From Deltaproteobacteria bacterium (lineage in GTDB: Bacteria > Myxococcota_A > Polyangia > Polyangiales > Houyiibacteriaceae), in NCBI GenBank assembly GCA_034670305.1, contig JAXMNT010000021.1, forward strand, positions 1 to 64,000: a stretch of 64,000 bases of DNA, read 5' to 3'. The translations under genes were made by a program, and so were the position numbers. Shown one piece after another: positions 40,554 through 50,721 of this stretch (positions are counted from its first letter, which is position 1; each line of letters begins with the position of its first letter). The notes below the pieces were generated by a model. That model saw nothing but the letters and a program-made list of their open reading frames with translations, had not been told where the DNA came from and ran no database searches.

Positions 40554-41414
40554 CTACGGCGCGATGCCGCCGATTGGGGTGCCGACCAGGGTGCGGATGT
40601 TTTGGAGGGTCACCGCTTCGAGGATCCACACGTCGCCGCAGACGATGAGGGAGGCTTCTTCCTCCATCACGAGGTTCTGTACGTTTGCCCGCGGCAAGCG
40701 CGCTTGCAGGAAGTCGCTCCGGTGCGGGTTGGGCCCGCCCGAATGCAGATCGAGCAGGCCAAGAGGAAATACTTCTTCCTGCACGATGACCACGATGTCG
40801 CAGTCCTCCATGTCCATGGGCTCCGAGATCCGCAGCTGGATCTGCACCATGTCCGGATCCCGATCGGAGATGGAGAAGCCCAGTGTGAGCCCTTCGAGCG
40901 CGATGGAGCGGGACTCGATCTGTTCTTCAGGTGGCGGTTCGCGTCCAGTGAGGAAGTTGCCGAGCGCTTCGCGCTGCGCTTCGTCGAGCTCGATCTCTTC
41001 GTCGCAGGTCCGCAGGCGCGACGCGCCTTCGGTGGCGAGGCGCATCAGATCTTCGCGGCGCACCATGCCGCCGATCTTCTCGTCGTTTCCATCGCGTTCG
41101 TAGGCGACCGAACCGAGCACGAACCGGTTGCGCGCGGTCTCGGCTTCCAGGTGGTCGCAGGCGAAGAGCACGAGCTCACCGCGCGATGCCAGCACGAGCG
41201 CGATCTCGTCCGACCCCGGAATGACCGCGCCGAGGCGGAGCTCGCCGGCTTCGAGCGGGATCGTGACGTGGGTCTCCATCGTCAGTGGGTTCGGCATGCC
41301 GGTTTCTCCGGTCGGTGTCGTGTCGCGGTGCTGGGCGTCGCCGCCTCCGCACCCTGCGCTCGACACCGCGCCCAAACACATCGCTACACACCCGAGGAGC
41401 GTCCGTGACCGCAC
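40554..41414 (-). CDS. Hypothetical lipoprotein
   Basis: GTG start with TATGCT 6 nt upstream; lipobox SAGC. Confidence 0.7.
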   Translation of the reverse strand: MRSRTLLGCVAMCLGAVSSAGCGGGDAQHRDTTPTGETGMPNPLTMETHVTIPLEAGELRLGAVIPGSDEIALVLASRGELVLFACDHLEAETARNRFVLGSVAYERDGNDEKIGGMVRREDLMRLATEGASRLRTCDEEIELDEAQREALGNFLTGREPPPEEQIESRSIALEGLTLGFSISDRDPDMVQIQLRISEPMDMEDCDIVVIVQEEVFPLGLLDLHSGGPNPHRSDFLQARLPRANVQNLVMEEEASLIVCGDVWILEAVTLQNIRTLVGTPIGGIAP

Positions 41415-41435
41415 GCGCGGAGCATACCATCGAAC

Positions 41436-41578
41436 CCCCGTACCCGTGCCCGTGGTTCGGGCTCCGGCGTCGGCATCGGCATCGGCATCGGCCTCGGCAT
41501 CGGCCTCGGCATCGGCATCGGCATTGGCATCGGCATCGGCATCGGCCTCGGCCTCGGCATCGGCATCGGCTTCGGCGC
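41436..41578. repeat. Hexamer microsatellite (GGCATC/GGCCTC)
   Basis: Directly visible, between divergent genes. Confidence 0.95.
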
Positions 41579-41650
41579 CCGCCCCTCTGCGCTTCCCCGT
41601 CGAGCTGCGCACTTCCTTGACCCACCACCCGTCCTCGGTACGTTCTTCGG

Positions 41651-42979
41651 GTGACCCGGCGCGCCACCATCTGTCTCCTGCTCGCGCTCACCGCGTTCGA
41701 TGCGGCCGGCCTCGCGACCCTGGTCGCTGCCGACGAGCTGCCCTGGCGGCGTCGGCGGCGCGCCGATGTGCGGCCAAGCCGCCGCGCCACCGCGATCGTC
41801 ACCGTGGCCGACTGGCCGGCCGAACCCACCAGTCCGCCCAACGTCGAGCCCGAGCGGTTCGCGAATGCGATCAAGGAGCTCTGCGGTTGGATGCCGCCCG
41901 GTCGCGCCACCCGCTACGGCGGCTGGATCCAGGAGTACGCGGCAGAGTTCGAAGTCGACCCCTTCCTCCTCGGCGCGCTCATGCACCGCATGGGCCGCTG
42001 CAACCCACGCGCGGAAGGCATGAGCGGGCTCGGACTCACTTCGATCCCGCGGCGCATGTACGGCGACTACGTGCGACACGGCCGATACCAGTACTGGGTC
42101 CGCTCCACCGAGAACCAAGAGTGGCTTGAGCAGTCGCTGCAGATGGACCGGTTCCCATTCGCGGAGGTCCGCATCCAGCGCCCGCAAGAGAACCTGTATT
42201 TCGCCGCTGCCTTCCTCCGGGTGTGGCGCGAACAACACCAGAGCCTCACCGAAGCGTTCGAACAGCACCCGCACCGCCACTACGTCTCGCACTTCGTGTG
42301 GGGCGACCGGGTCCGCAGCGATCGCGCGGAAGACCGCATCCTGACCGACCGGCGCCGGCTCTTGCAGTACTACGGGACCCAGCCCGTGATGGCGCCGATC
42401 GAAGCGCTCGGACTGAGCTGGTCCCCGCCGCTTGACGGCGCCCCACGGGTCATCAGCAGCTGGATCGGCGCCGAGCGCGATGGCGGGGAACGATCCCACC
42501 GCGGGGTGGACGTCGAGAGCGTGCTGGGAGAGCCGGTGCGCGCTGCCGCCAGTGGCCGGGTGAACTTCGCCGGGGTGGATTTTCCTGGCCGGCAGAACAA
42601 CCGGAACATGACGCCCGAGGAGATCGAGGCGGTGCCCCGCCAGCGCCTCGGACGCGGCGGGCGCTACGTGTGCGTCCTGCATCGGCCAGCCGCCGCGAAC
42701 ACAGAGGACGAGGCGGACGCACCCGACGCCGAGACGGCCACCGAAGATGGCGAAGAGGGCACGCACGGGTGGATCCGCAGCTGCTACATGCACCTCGAAG
42801 ACGTCGACGTTCGCTGGGGCCAAGACGTCGTTGCGGGGGAGCGGATCGGCACCGTCGGCCGCACCGGCATGCTCCGCTCGGCGCCGCATCTGCATTTCGA
42901 GCTGCACTCGCCCGACGGATTGATGGATGCGTCGGAAGTGCTCGCCGGGCACCTCATCGGCCACCGTCCGCCGGACTGA
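41651..42979 (+). CDS. M23 metallopeptidase with N-terminal lytic-transglycosylase-like domain
   Basis: HRGVD, YMHL and PHLHFE M23 motifs; AAEFEVDPFLLGAL and ENLYFAAAFL SLT-like motifs. Confidence 0.88.
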   Translation: MTRRATICLLLALTAFDAAGLATLVAADELPWRRRRRADVRPSRRATAIVTVADWPAEPTSPPNVEPERFANAIKELCGWMPPGRATRYGGWIQEYAAEFEVDPFLLGALMHRMGRCNPRAEGMSGLGLTSIPRRMYGDYVRHGRYQYWVRSTENQEWLEQSLQMDRFPFAEVRIQRPQENLYFAAAFLRVWREQHQSLTEAFEQHPHRHYVSHFVWGDRVRSDRAEDRILTDRRRLLQYYGTQPVMAPIEALGLSWSPPLDGAPRVISSWIGAERDGGERSHRGVDVESVLGEPVRAAASGRVNFAGVDFPGRQNNRNMTPEEIEAVPRQRLGRGGRYVCVLHRPAAANTEDEADAPDAETATEDGEEGTHGWIRSCYMHLEDVDVRWGQDVVAGERIGTVGRTGMLRSAPHLHFELHSPDGLMDASEVLAGHLIGHRPPD

Positions 42980-43072
42980 AGCGGCAGGTCGGAACGTTCA
43001 TGTCGGAACGCTGACGCCGAAGCCGAACCCGATCCTGTAGCGGATCTACAGCGGATCGCGCAGCGAAACGCT

Positions 43073-44248
43073 CTAGCGGACGACGCCGGTGCGGCTGTCG
43101 TTCGTGACGACCTGCCAGACCAGCTCCTGCATGCGCCGCGCGACCGGTGCGCTGACGCCGTTGGCCGCCGGCAAGCCGGTGGGGTTGCGGCGGTAGATCG
43201 TCGCGTACATCACGAGGCCCACGTAGTACGCCATCGCGGCGCCGTGGTGGATGTCGTCGACGGGACCGCTGTGCACGGTGTTCATGCTGCTCATCCGGGA
43301 GCGCCAGTCGACCGATCCAGCTTCGCTCGCCGGCACGGGCCACTCGTTCGGCCAGTTGCTGTAGCCGTTCTGAATCAGGGTGTGGATGGTGAGTCCGCCG
43401 AAGTCTTCGCCCGCTTCGATGCGGTCGTAGAGCGCGCCGAGCGCGGTGCCGGCCGGGATGAGGCGGACGGTCAGGGTGCCCGAACAATCGCCCGCGCCGC
43501 CGTAGTAGGAATCGGGCGTCGGTGTGCGGCCGGTGGAGGCTTCGTCGGCGATGCGTTCCCAGCGCGGCCGGTCGTCGCGCAGCTGCTGACGCCAGTCGTG
43601 CACGTGCGGCGGATCGTAGTCGCCGTCGGGGTCCGTTCCGTACACGTGGTGCCAGGTCTCGTAGACGAAGAGTTCGGCGTCCGGACGCGCGCTCACGAGC
43701 GAGCAGAAGAACCGCCGCGCGTAGAACGGGGACTGGTGCCACATGTACGCTTGGTCGAGGAAGACGCCTTCGGTGACGACCATCGTGTCGTAGCGGGAGG
43801 CGTTGGTCTCGATCTCGCGTCGGAGGTTGCCGACCTCGTTCCAGTTCCAGCTCATCGGAGCACCGGGCGTGGTGTGCAGGAACTCCGAGTAGGCCTGTCC
43901 GCCGGACCGGGCGAGACCGCTCAGGACCTCGGGGATCGTCTGGGCGCCGCCCTGATACATGTCGCGGTGGCTGACCAGGCTGTGGCCGACGAAGTAGACG
44001 GTGGCGTTGTCGCGCGGCGCCGTCCCGGTGGGAGGCGGCTCGATGTACGCGTCGGTGCCTTCCGGCACGTCGATGCCAACTGTGCCGCTGTCGACGGCCG
44101 AGGAGGCGTCGACGCCGACCTCGCCGGAGTCGGGTCGGTTGGCGTCGGGCGCGTGCTCGTCTGGCGCGACCTGGCGGGCCACGCCGACACAGCCCAGTCC
44201 ACCGATTGGGAGGAAGAGAAGAGCGAGGGTGAGGTGCGCGGATTTCAT
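43073..44248 (-). CDS. Lipoprotein with SGNH-hydrolase-like domain
   Basis: Lipobox GLGC; YFVGHSL block I; DDIH. Confidence 0.75.
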   Translation of the reverse strand: MKSAHLTLALLFLPIGGLGCVGVARQVAPDEHAPDANRPDSGEVGVDASSAVDSGTVGIDVPEGTDAYIEPPPTGTAPRDNATVYFVGHSLVSHRDMYQGGAQTIPEVLSGLARSGGQAYSEFLHTTPGAPMSWNWNEVGNLRREIETNASRYDTMVVTEGVFLDQAYMWHQSPFYARRFFCSLVSARPDAELFVYETWHHVYGTDPDGDYDPPHVHDWRQQLRDDRPRWERIADEASTGRTPTPDSYYGGAGDCSGTLTVRLIPAGTALGALYDRIEAGEDFGGLTIHTLIQNGYSNWPNEWPVPASEAGSVDWRSRMSSMNTVHSGPVDDIHHGAAMAYYVGLVMYATIYRRNPTGLPAANGVSAPVARRMQELVWQVVTNDSRTGVVR

Positions 44249-44398
44249 CGAAGCCGGCTATATGCGCGAGCCAGCAAACGCCCGCAACCGGTTGTGGGGA
44301 TTTCTCCCAGCGTTTGACCGCACTCTCGGGTGCCGTGGGGATTGGAAACCCGGCCGCGGCACCCACGGAGCCCTGGATCGAAACAACCCGCGCAATCC

Positions 44399-44796
44399 TA
44401 GCAGGTCGCTGAATAGCGACCTGCTCCCTTGCCGTTGCCCTTGCCCGTGCCCTTGCCCGCGTCGTGGACGCCGTGTGTTTCGCGACGGCGAGGCCGCGAA
44501 TCGGAGCCCGATGCCCAGCGGACGAAGCCGCCGGGCATCGGTCGGTGCTACGCGGTGCAGCTCCGCAGCCGCGCGACGCGTAGGAGGTTGTATGCGGCCC
44601 CGGCCAGGTAGGCGGCGAACTGTGTCTTGCGTCTGCCTCGATATTCATGGGTGTGCCCCCAAGAAGTATCGAACGGGCTCTCGCCACCTCGAGCTCAAGC
44701 GATCTGACCGCTGATCCGCGGGCAAAGGCAAGGGCAGGGGCAGGGGCAAGGGGCAGGCTGCGAGAACGCCCTGCGGCGTTCTTCAGCAGCCTGCTA
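44399..44796. mobile_element. Putative non-autonomous element: palindrome plus hexamer inverted termini enclosing a four-helix-bundle gene remnant
   Basis: Left TAGCAGG..CCTGC-(CCCTTG)n-CCCGCG and right CGCGGG-(GGGCAA)n-GCAGG..CCTGCTA are inverted; right end duplicated at 23-125. Confidence 0.65.
44510..44714 (+). pseudogene. Degraded four-helix-bundle (23S rRNA IVP-like) gene
   Basis: Fragments GIGR..TRRRLYA..R*AANC and CLDI..KYRTG..LE-LKRSDR* in two frames resemble EG.G..DRRRFY.IARGSA.EC..LD..Y..G..LL.RIVAML. Confidence 0.55.
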
Positions 44797-44831
44797 TGCG
44801 CGGGTCATGTACCAGTCATGAAAGAGAGGCG

Positions 44832-44990
44832 TCAGCGGCGTTGGCCGCGGCGGGGCGGGGGGCGGCGGCGGGGCCGAACCGGCTGCAACTGCGGTTGCGG
44901 GGCGACCAGCTCGCCGAGCGCTTCCAGGATCTCGCCGATCGTTTCGGTCACCCGTTCCTGGAGTCGTTCGAGCGTGCCCTTCTCTTTCAC
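44832..44990 (-). CDS. Small hypothetical protein (about 52 aa)
   Basis: Amphipathic helix LERLQERVTETIGEILEALGEL followed by PQPQLQPVRPRRR; start uncertain. Confidence 0.45.
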   Translation of the reverse strand: MKEKGTLERLQERVTETIGEILEALGELVAPQPQLQPVRPRRRPPPRRGQRR

Positions 44991-45120
44991 CCGTTCATGG
45001 TTGGGGCGCGTGTGAGCAATGTCAACCTCGATGTACGAAAGATGCACGCCTTTCAACACACTTGTCGCGGATCCATTACGGAAACGTGGGACGCTGGCAA
45101 GAGTGCGGTAGGGTAGGCAG

Positions 45121-45615
45121 GTGACGAGACCGTCGACGATCCCGATGGATGGGCGTGCGCTGACCGCAGCCGAGCAGGTCGCACTGCTCGACGAGATGGC
45201 GGACATCATTCAGGCGAGCCACCTGTTCAAGTCGCTCGACACCGACGGCCGCACCGAGGTGCTGGAGTCCGGCTACGTGATGACGTTCCACGAGAACGAC
45301 GTGGTCATCAAGCAGGGCGACGTCGGCGAAGTGATGTACCTGATCCTCCGCGGCAAGGTCGCGGTCGAGACGGCGACGCCGGGCGGCACGATCCAGTTGG
45401 CGGAGCTCGGTCACGGAGCGTGCGTCGGTGAGGTGAGCGTGCTCAGTGGTCAGATGCGAACGGCGACGGTGACGGCGCTCGAGGACGTCGACGCGGTCGC
45501 GTTCCACAAACACCGCATCGAGCGGGTGCTCCAGAAGTTTCCGCGGGTTCGAGAGATCCTCGAGTCGATCGTCGATGCGCGCGCACGCGACACCATCGAA
45601 AAAATCATCGGCTGA
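45121..45615 (+). CDS. Stand-alone cyclic-nucleotide-binding domain protein
   Basis: VIKQGDVGEVMYLILRGKV; GEVSVL..RTATV phosphate-binding cassette. Confidence 0.92.
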   Translation: MTRPSTIPMDGRALTAAEQVALLDEMADIIQASHLFKSLDTDGRTEVLESGYVMTFHENDVVIKQGDVGEVMYLILRGKVAVETATPGGTIQLAELGHGACVGEVSVLSGQMRTATVTALEDVDAVAFHKHRIERVLQKFPRVREILESIVDARARDTIEKIIG

Positions 45616-45622
45616 GCGGTCC

Positions 45623-47062
45623 GTGCACATTCATCTGATCGGGGTCTGTGGCACGGGCATGGGGGCGCTCGCTGGGCTCCTCGCGAGCCAGGGCCACCGG
45701 GTGACCGGCTCCGATCGCGCGTTCGATCCACCCATGGGTCCGGCGCTTTTGCGCTGGGGCGTCGAGACGATGCCGGGATGGGATCCCGCGAACCTCGAAC
45801 CGGCACCGGATCTCGTCGTGGTCGGCAACGTCTGCCGGCCGAACAACCCGGAGGCGCGCGCCGCCATCGACGGAGGCCTGGCCTACACCTCGTTCCCGGG
45901 CGCGATGGAAGCGCGGTTCTTGCGGGACCGACCCTCACTCGTCGTCGCAGGCACCCACGGCAAGACGACCACGACGAGCCTGGTCGCGCACTTGTTGCGG
46001 GAGGGCGGCACCGATCCGGGCTTCTTGGTCGGCGGCATTCCCCGCAACTTCGACGCGAGTTTCCGACTCGGCGGGCCGAACGCCCCGTTCGCGATCGAAG
46101 GGGACGAGTACGACTGCGCCTTCTTCGAGAAGAAGCCGAAGTTCTGGCGCTACCACCCGAAGTGCGCGGTGCTCACGTCGGTCGAGCACGACCACATCGA
46201 CATCTATCCGGACGAAGCCTCGTACCTGGATGCGTTCCGCGGGTTCATCGACCGCATCCCCGAAGACGGCCTCCTGATCGCCTACGCCGGCGACCCGCAC
46301 GTGCGCGCGTTGGCCGCTTCGGCCCATTGTGGCGTCCGCTTCTACGCCCTCGAGGGCGACGACACCGGCGGGGTCCCGGCGATTTGGACTGGGGCGCTTG
46401 GACAGCCGACTGAAGACGGTGGTCAGCCGATCGACCTGTTCGGGGGCGGCACCTTCCTCGGGCGCGTGCACAGCCCGCTCTCCGGTGCGCACAACGCGCG
46501 CAACGTCGTCGCGGCGATCGCGCTCGCGACGGAAGGCGCGGGGGTGGACGTGGCCGCGGCGATGAACGCGATGCCGAAGTTCGCGGGGGTGCGCCGGCGC
46601 CAAGAACTCTTGGCGGTGGCGGGCGGCGTCCGGGTCTACGACGACTTCGCCCACCACCCGACCGCGGTCCGCGAGACCCTCGCAGGGCTTCGGCGCCGGC
46701 ACCCGAGCGGCAAACTCATCGCCGCGTTCGAACCGCGAAGTGCGACCGCGTCTCGAAGCCAGCACCAAGCGGAGTACCCCGACGCGTTCGCGAGCGCGGA
46801 CGTGGCGGTGCTCGCGCCGGTCGGTCGGCCGGAGATCGACGCGTCGGAGAAGCTCGACATCGACGCGATCGTCTCCGCCATCGGACGCTCGGGGCACCGT
46901 GGGGTCGCGTGTGGTTCGCTCGACGAAGTCCGCGCTGCGATCCTCGATCACGCTTCGGCCGGAGACACCGTGGTGCTGATGAGCAACGGGTTCTTCGGCG
47001 GGCTGCACGACCAGGTGATCGCCGGCCTCACCCTTCAGTCTCTCGAACCGCTCGACCGCTGA
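45623..47062 (+). CDS. mpl: Murein peptide ligase (Mur ligase family)
   Basis: HLIGVCGTGMG, YPPM-like DPPM, AGTHGKTTT, IEGDEYD, YDDFAHHPT, MSNG.FGG. Confidence 0.88.
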   Translation: MHIHLIGVCGTGMGALAGLLASQGHRVTGSDRAFDPPMGPALLRWGVETMPGWDPANLEPAPDLVVVGNVCRPNNPEARAAIDGGLAYTSFPGAMEARFLRDRPSLVVAGTHGKTTTTSLVAHLLREGGTDPGFLVGGIPRNFDASFRLGGPNAPFAIEGDEYDCAFFEKKPKFWRYHPKCAVLTSVEHDHIDIYPDEASYLDAFRGFIDRIPEDGLLIAYAGDPHVRALAASAHCGVRFYALEGDDTGGVPAIWTGALGQPTEDGGQPIDLFGGGTFLGRVHSPLSGAHNARNVVAAIALATEGAGVDVAAAMNAMPKFAGVRRRQELLAVAGGVRVYDDFAHHPTAVRETLAGLRRRHPSGKLIAAFEPRSATASRSQHQAEYPDAFASADVAVLAPVGRPEIDASEKLDIDAIVSAIGRSGHRGVACGSLDEVRAAILDHASAGDTVVLMSNGFFGGLHDQVIAGLTLQSLEPLDR

Positions 47063-47121
47063 ACACCGTTTGCAAGGCGCGAGCGTTTGACGTGTCGCGG
47101 AGGCGGCCCCATCAATCCCGG

Positions 47122-47919
47122 ATGCGGAATCCGACGATCGCGGCGCTCTTGGGGTTTGTCCTCTTCGGTTGTGCCGACACCGCCCCCCCGACCTGGCCCG
47201 GCGAAGGAGAGCTCACGGCCTCCGAGTCGAGCGCCGATGGTGTGACGCTCAGCTGGCCAGCCGCCAGCGACGACAACCACGTCGCGCACTACCGGGTGCT
47301 TCAGGAAGACGACGAGATCGCGACGGTGTCCGGCAGCACGCTCGAGTACCGGGTGTCCCGGCTCGACGACGCAACCGAGTACCGCTTCGGGGTGCTCGCC
47401 ATCGACGACTCACAGAACGAGAGCGGCCGCCTCTACCTCACGCTGACCACGCACGACGGCACCCCGCCCGGATGGAACCGGGGCGCGCGGCTCATGGTGG
47501 AGGCGCTCGAAGCCGGCGAGGGGGAAGACCCCAAGGTTCAGCTGCGTTGGGGCGGCGGGAACGACAACATCGGCATCGCGGGGTTCCGGCTGCGGCGGGA
47601 TGGACACATGGTCGTCGAACTCGGAGCCGAGGTGTACGAACACACGCTCGAGGGCGGCGCCGAAGGCATCGATCTGGTGGCGTTCGACGAAGCGGGCAAC
47701 GTCTCGGTCCCATTGGCGGCCAGTCCAGGCGAAGTCGCCGAAGTGGCGCCGCCGGCCGAACCGACCGAGCCGCCTGGCACGTTGAACAGCGCGCAGCTCC
47801 CGAGCTCCGCTGCGATCCGCGAACAGCTCCAGCGGGCGACCCCGCGCCTGCAGATCAACCGCCCGCTCATCCGGCCCCAGGTGCAGCAGCGCTTCCAGCT
47901 CGACCCCACGATGCGCTGA
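47122..47919 (+). CDS. Fibronectin type III domain lipoprotein
   Basis: Lipobox LFGC; VTLSWPAASDD..YRV; YRFGVLAID. Confidence 0.85.
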   Translation: MRNPTIAALLGFVLFGCADTAPPTWPGEGELTASESSADGVTLSWPAASDDNHVAHYRVLQEDDEIATVSGSTLEYRVSRLDDATEYRFGVLAIDDSQNESGRLYLTLTTHDGTPPGWNRGARLMVEALEAGEGEDPKVQLRWGGGNDNIGIAGFRLRRDGHMVVELGAEVYEHTLEGGAEGIDLVAFDEAGNVSVPLAASPGEVAEVAPPAEPTEPPGTLNSAQLPSSAAIREQLQRATPRLQINRPLIRPQVQQRFQLDPTMR

Positions 47920-48038
47920 AGCGACCCGCCCGCCCCATCCACGACGCGGGCCACCCTGGATCCAAACGGGCCACCCCAGAACCCAAGCGCACGGGAGAAG
48001 GGCTGGTGCGAGCGGCGCGTTCGACGTAAGCCGTAGTC

Positions 48039-49643
48039 ATGGCCGACACGGACTTCGATTGGATCATCATCGGCAGCGGCTTTGGCGGCAGCGTGTCCGC
48101 GCTGCGTTTGGCCGAACGGGGACACCGCGTGCTCGTCATCGAGAAGGGTCGACGGTTCGGCACCGAGGACTTCCCCAAGAACAACTGGGACGTGAAGAAC
48201 TGGATGTGGAATCCGGGCATGGGCATGAAGGGCATCTTTCAGATGACCTTCTTCGAGCACGTCACCGTCCTGCACGGCGTCGGGGTCGGCGGCGGTTCCC
48301 TGACCTACGCGAACACCCTCCCCACCCCGACCGCGAACTTCTTCAACGCGAACTCGTGGGGCCACCTGGCGCGCTGGCAGTCCGAACTCGCCCCGCACTA
48401 CGAGACCGCGCGCCGCATGCTCGGCGCCACCGAGAACCCACGCATGACCAAGGGCGACCGGGTGTTGCTCGAGATCGCCAAAGAGATGGGCCGCGAGGAC
48501 GACTTCCACAAGACCACGGTCGCGGTGCACTTCGGGGAGCCCGGCAAGAAAGTGCCGGACCCCTACTTCGATGGCCGCGGACCGGACCGCGTCGGCTGCA
48601 CGTTCTGCGGCGCATGCATGACCGGCTGCCGGGTCGGGGCGAAGAACACGCTCGACCGCAACTACCTCTACCTCGCAGAGAAACTCGGTGCGCAGGTCCA
48701 GTCGCAGACCGAGGTCACGCACGTCGGCGAGCTGGCCCGGTCCGGCCAGGAACGGGGCGGCTACTTCGTCCGCGTGAAGCCGTCCTTCGGTCGCGGCGAG
48801 GAAGAGACGATCAGCGCGAAGAACGTCGTCTTCTCCGGCGGTGTGCTCGGCACGATCCCACTGCTCTTGGCGATGAAAGAGAAGAACGATGGGTTGCCAC
48901 GCTTGAGCGACCGGACGGGCGACTCGGTGCGCACCAACAACGAAGCGCTCATCGGCGTCATCGCCCCGAACGTGGAAGAGGACCTGTCGGAAGGCGTCGC
49001 GATCACGTCGATCCTCCACACCGACGAACACAGCCACGTCGAGCCGGTGCGCTACGGCAAGGGTTCGGACTTCTTCCGGCTCATGACCTTGCCGCATGCG
49101 AACAAGCCGACCGCTCTGGCGCGCATGGCCGGCGCCGCGGGTGGATTCCTCCGCCACCCGAAGCTGTGGAGCAAAGCGATCACGATGAACAACTGGTCGC
49201 GCAAGAGCATGGTGCTGCTCTACATGCGGACCCTCGAGAGCACGCTGAAGCTGAGGCTCGGCCGCAACTTCCGGACCGGGTTTCGGCGCGGCCTGGTCAC
49301 GCAGCTGCCCGAACACTCCGCGGCGCCGAGCGCCTTCATGGACGAGGCGACCGAGATCGCACAGCGGTTCAGCGAGAAGGTGGGCGGCGTGCCGATGAAC
49401 CTCGTGACCGAGACGCTGATGGGCATTCCCTCGACCGCACACATCCTCGGGGGTGCGTGCATGGGCGAAGACGCGGACAGCGGCGTCATCGATCCACTCC
49501 ACCGCGTGCATGGACACCCGGGGCTGTACGTGATCGATGGGTCTGCCGTCTCGGCGAACCCGGGCGTGAACCCCTCGCTGACGATCACCGCGCTTGCCGA
49601 ACGCGCGATGTCCCACGTCGCCGCGGCCCCCACGCGATCGTAG
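48039..49643 (+). CDS. GMC oxidoreductase (cholesterol oxidase ChoD-like)
   Basis: IIGSGFGGS, GVGGGSL, CTFCGACMTGC, AHILGG, NPGVNPSLTI. Confidence 0.93.
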   Translation: MADTDFDWIIIGSGFGGSVSALRLAERGHRVLVIEKGRRFGTEDFPKNNWDVKNWMWNPGMGMKGIFQMTFFEHVTVLHGVGVGGGSLTYANTLPTPTANFFNANSWGHLARWQSELAPHYETARRMLGATENPRMTKGDRVLLEIAKEMGREDDFHKTTVAVHFGEPGKKVPDPYFDGRGPDRVGCTFCGACMTGCRVGAKNTLDRNYLYLAEKLGAQVQSQTEVTHVGELARSGQERGGYFVRVKPSFGRGEEETISAKNVVFSGGVLGTIPLLLAMKEKNDGLPRLSDRTGDSVRTNNEALIGVIAPNVEEDLSEGVAITSILHTDEHSHVEPVRYGKGSDFFRLMTLPHANKPTALARMAGAAGGFLRHPKLWSKAITMNNWSRKSMVLLYMRTLESTLKLRLGRNFRTGFRRGLVTQLPEHSAAPSAFMDEATEIAQRFSEKVGGVPMNLVTETLMGIPSTAHILGGACMGEDADSGVIDPLHRVHGHPGLYVIDGSAVSANPGVNPSLTITALAERAMSHVAAAPTRS

Positions 49644-49705
49644 CAGACGGGCTCGCCTGGTTCGGCTGCCGGGTGGTCACGCAACCCTGCGCGAACCGGA
49701 TCCGA

Positions 49706-50596
49706 TCACTGGATCAGCGCGCGGATCGCATCGGCGACGACGCCGGTCCGGCTTCGGCGGTTCACGTCCGGCGCGTCCAGGCCGAGCCGGTGCGCGAGGC
49801 ACAGCGTCGTGCGGGCCAGCTCGACACCGCACGCCAACCGCACGAGCCCCGCGTTCTCACCCACCACGTCCGGCATCGCGCAGACGAAGGTGCCGCGTCG
49901 GCACGCGTCCACCGCCACCTGCATGCGGCTGACCCGTAGGCCGACCCGGCGGGGTTCGTGTTCCGGCCATGCGTCGGGGGTGGCGCCGCGCTCGTCGGCT
50001 GCGGGCGCGACGAACACCGCGGTGCGCACCGCGTTCGAGTCCCCGGTCCAGGCGAGCGGGTGGCCCGGTGCGCAGTACACGCCGTGGGTGAGTTCGGTGA
50101 GCCGGTGCACTTCGACGTCCGGGTCGAGGAGTGGATCGTCGAGCAGCGCGAGGTCGAGCGCGCCTTTGCGCAGCATCGGGATCACCTGGTCGGAGGGGCA
50201 GGGCGTCAGGTGCACGGTGAGCCCTGGGTGCTCCTCGGCGAGCGCCTCGACCGCACCGAAGACGAACACAGGCGCCAGCGGACCCGGGCAGGAGATGTGG
50301 ACGGGGCCATGCAGCCCAGGGGTCGTCGCCGCTTGGAGCCCCTCGTCCATCATCCGCATCGCGAACCGCACCGAGCTCAACATCTCCCGGCCGGCCGCGT
50401 TGAGCTGGAGCCGGCGGCCCACCCGATCGAAGAGCGGCGTCCCCACGTTCTGTTCGAGCAACTTGATGGTGCGCGAGAGCGCGGAGGGGCTGACGTGAAG
50501 CGCGGCGCTCGCAGAAGGCAGGTGTTCGAGCTCCGCCACGACCCGGAAGGCGGGCAAATAGGACCAAAGCGAGGCGATGCGGCGGGACCGTTCCAT
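49706..50596 (-). CDS. LysR-family transcriptional regulator
   Basis: ASAALHVSPSALSRTIKLLE..LFDRVGR. Confidence 0.93.
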   Translation of the reverse strand: MERSRRIASLWSYLPAFRVVAELEHLPSASAALHVSPSALSRTIKLLEQNVGTPLFDRVGRRLQLNAAGREMLSSVRFAMRMMDEGLQAATTPGLHGPVHISCPGPLAPVFVFGAVEALAEEHPGLTVHLTPCPSDQVIPMLRKGALDLALLDDPLLDPDVEVHRLTELTHGVYCAPGHPLAWTGDSNAVRTAVFVAPAADERGATPDAWPEHEPRRVGLRVSRMQVAVDACRRGTFVCAMPDVVGENAGLVRLACGVELARTTLCLAHRLGLDAPDVNRRSRTGVVADAIRALIQ

Positions 50597-50721
50597 GATC
50601 GTTGAGCATATTAGAACGATTCGTGCAAAAAGTTCTACTGAGAGAATCGAAACGCATCGCGCCCTGCCGCTTAGGGGTCAGGCACGGCCGCTCGACGCGG
50701 CCCTTGAAGGGGAGACTTACG

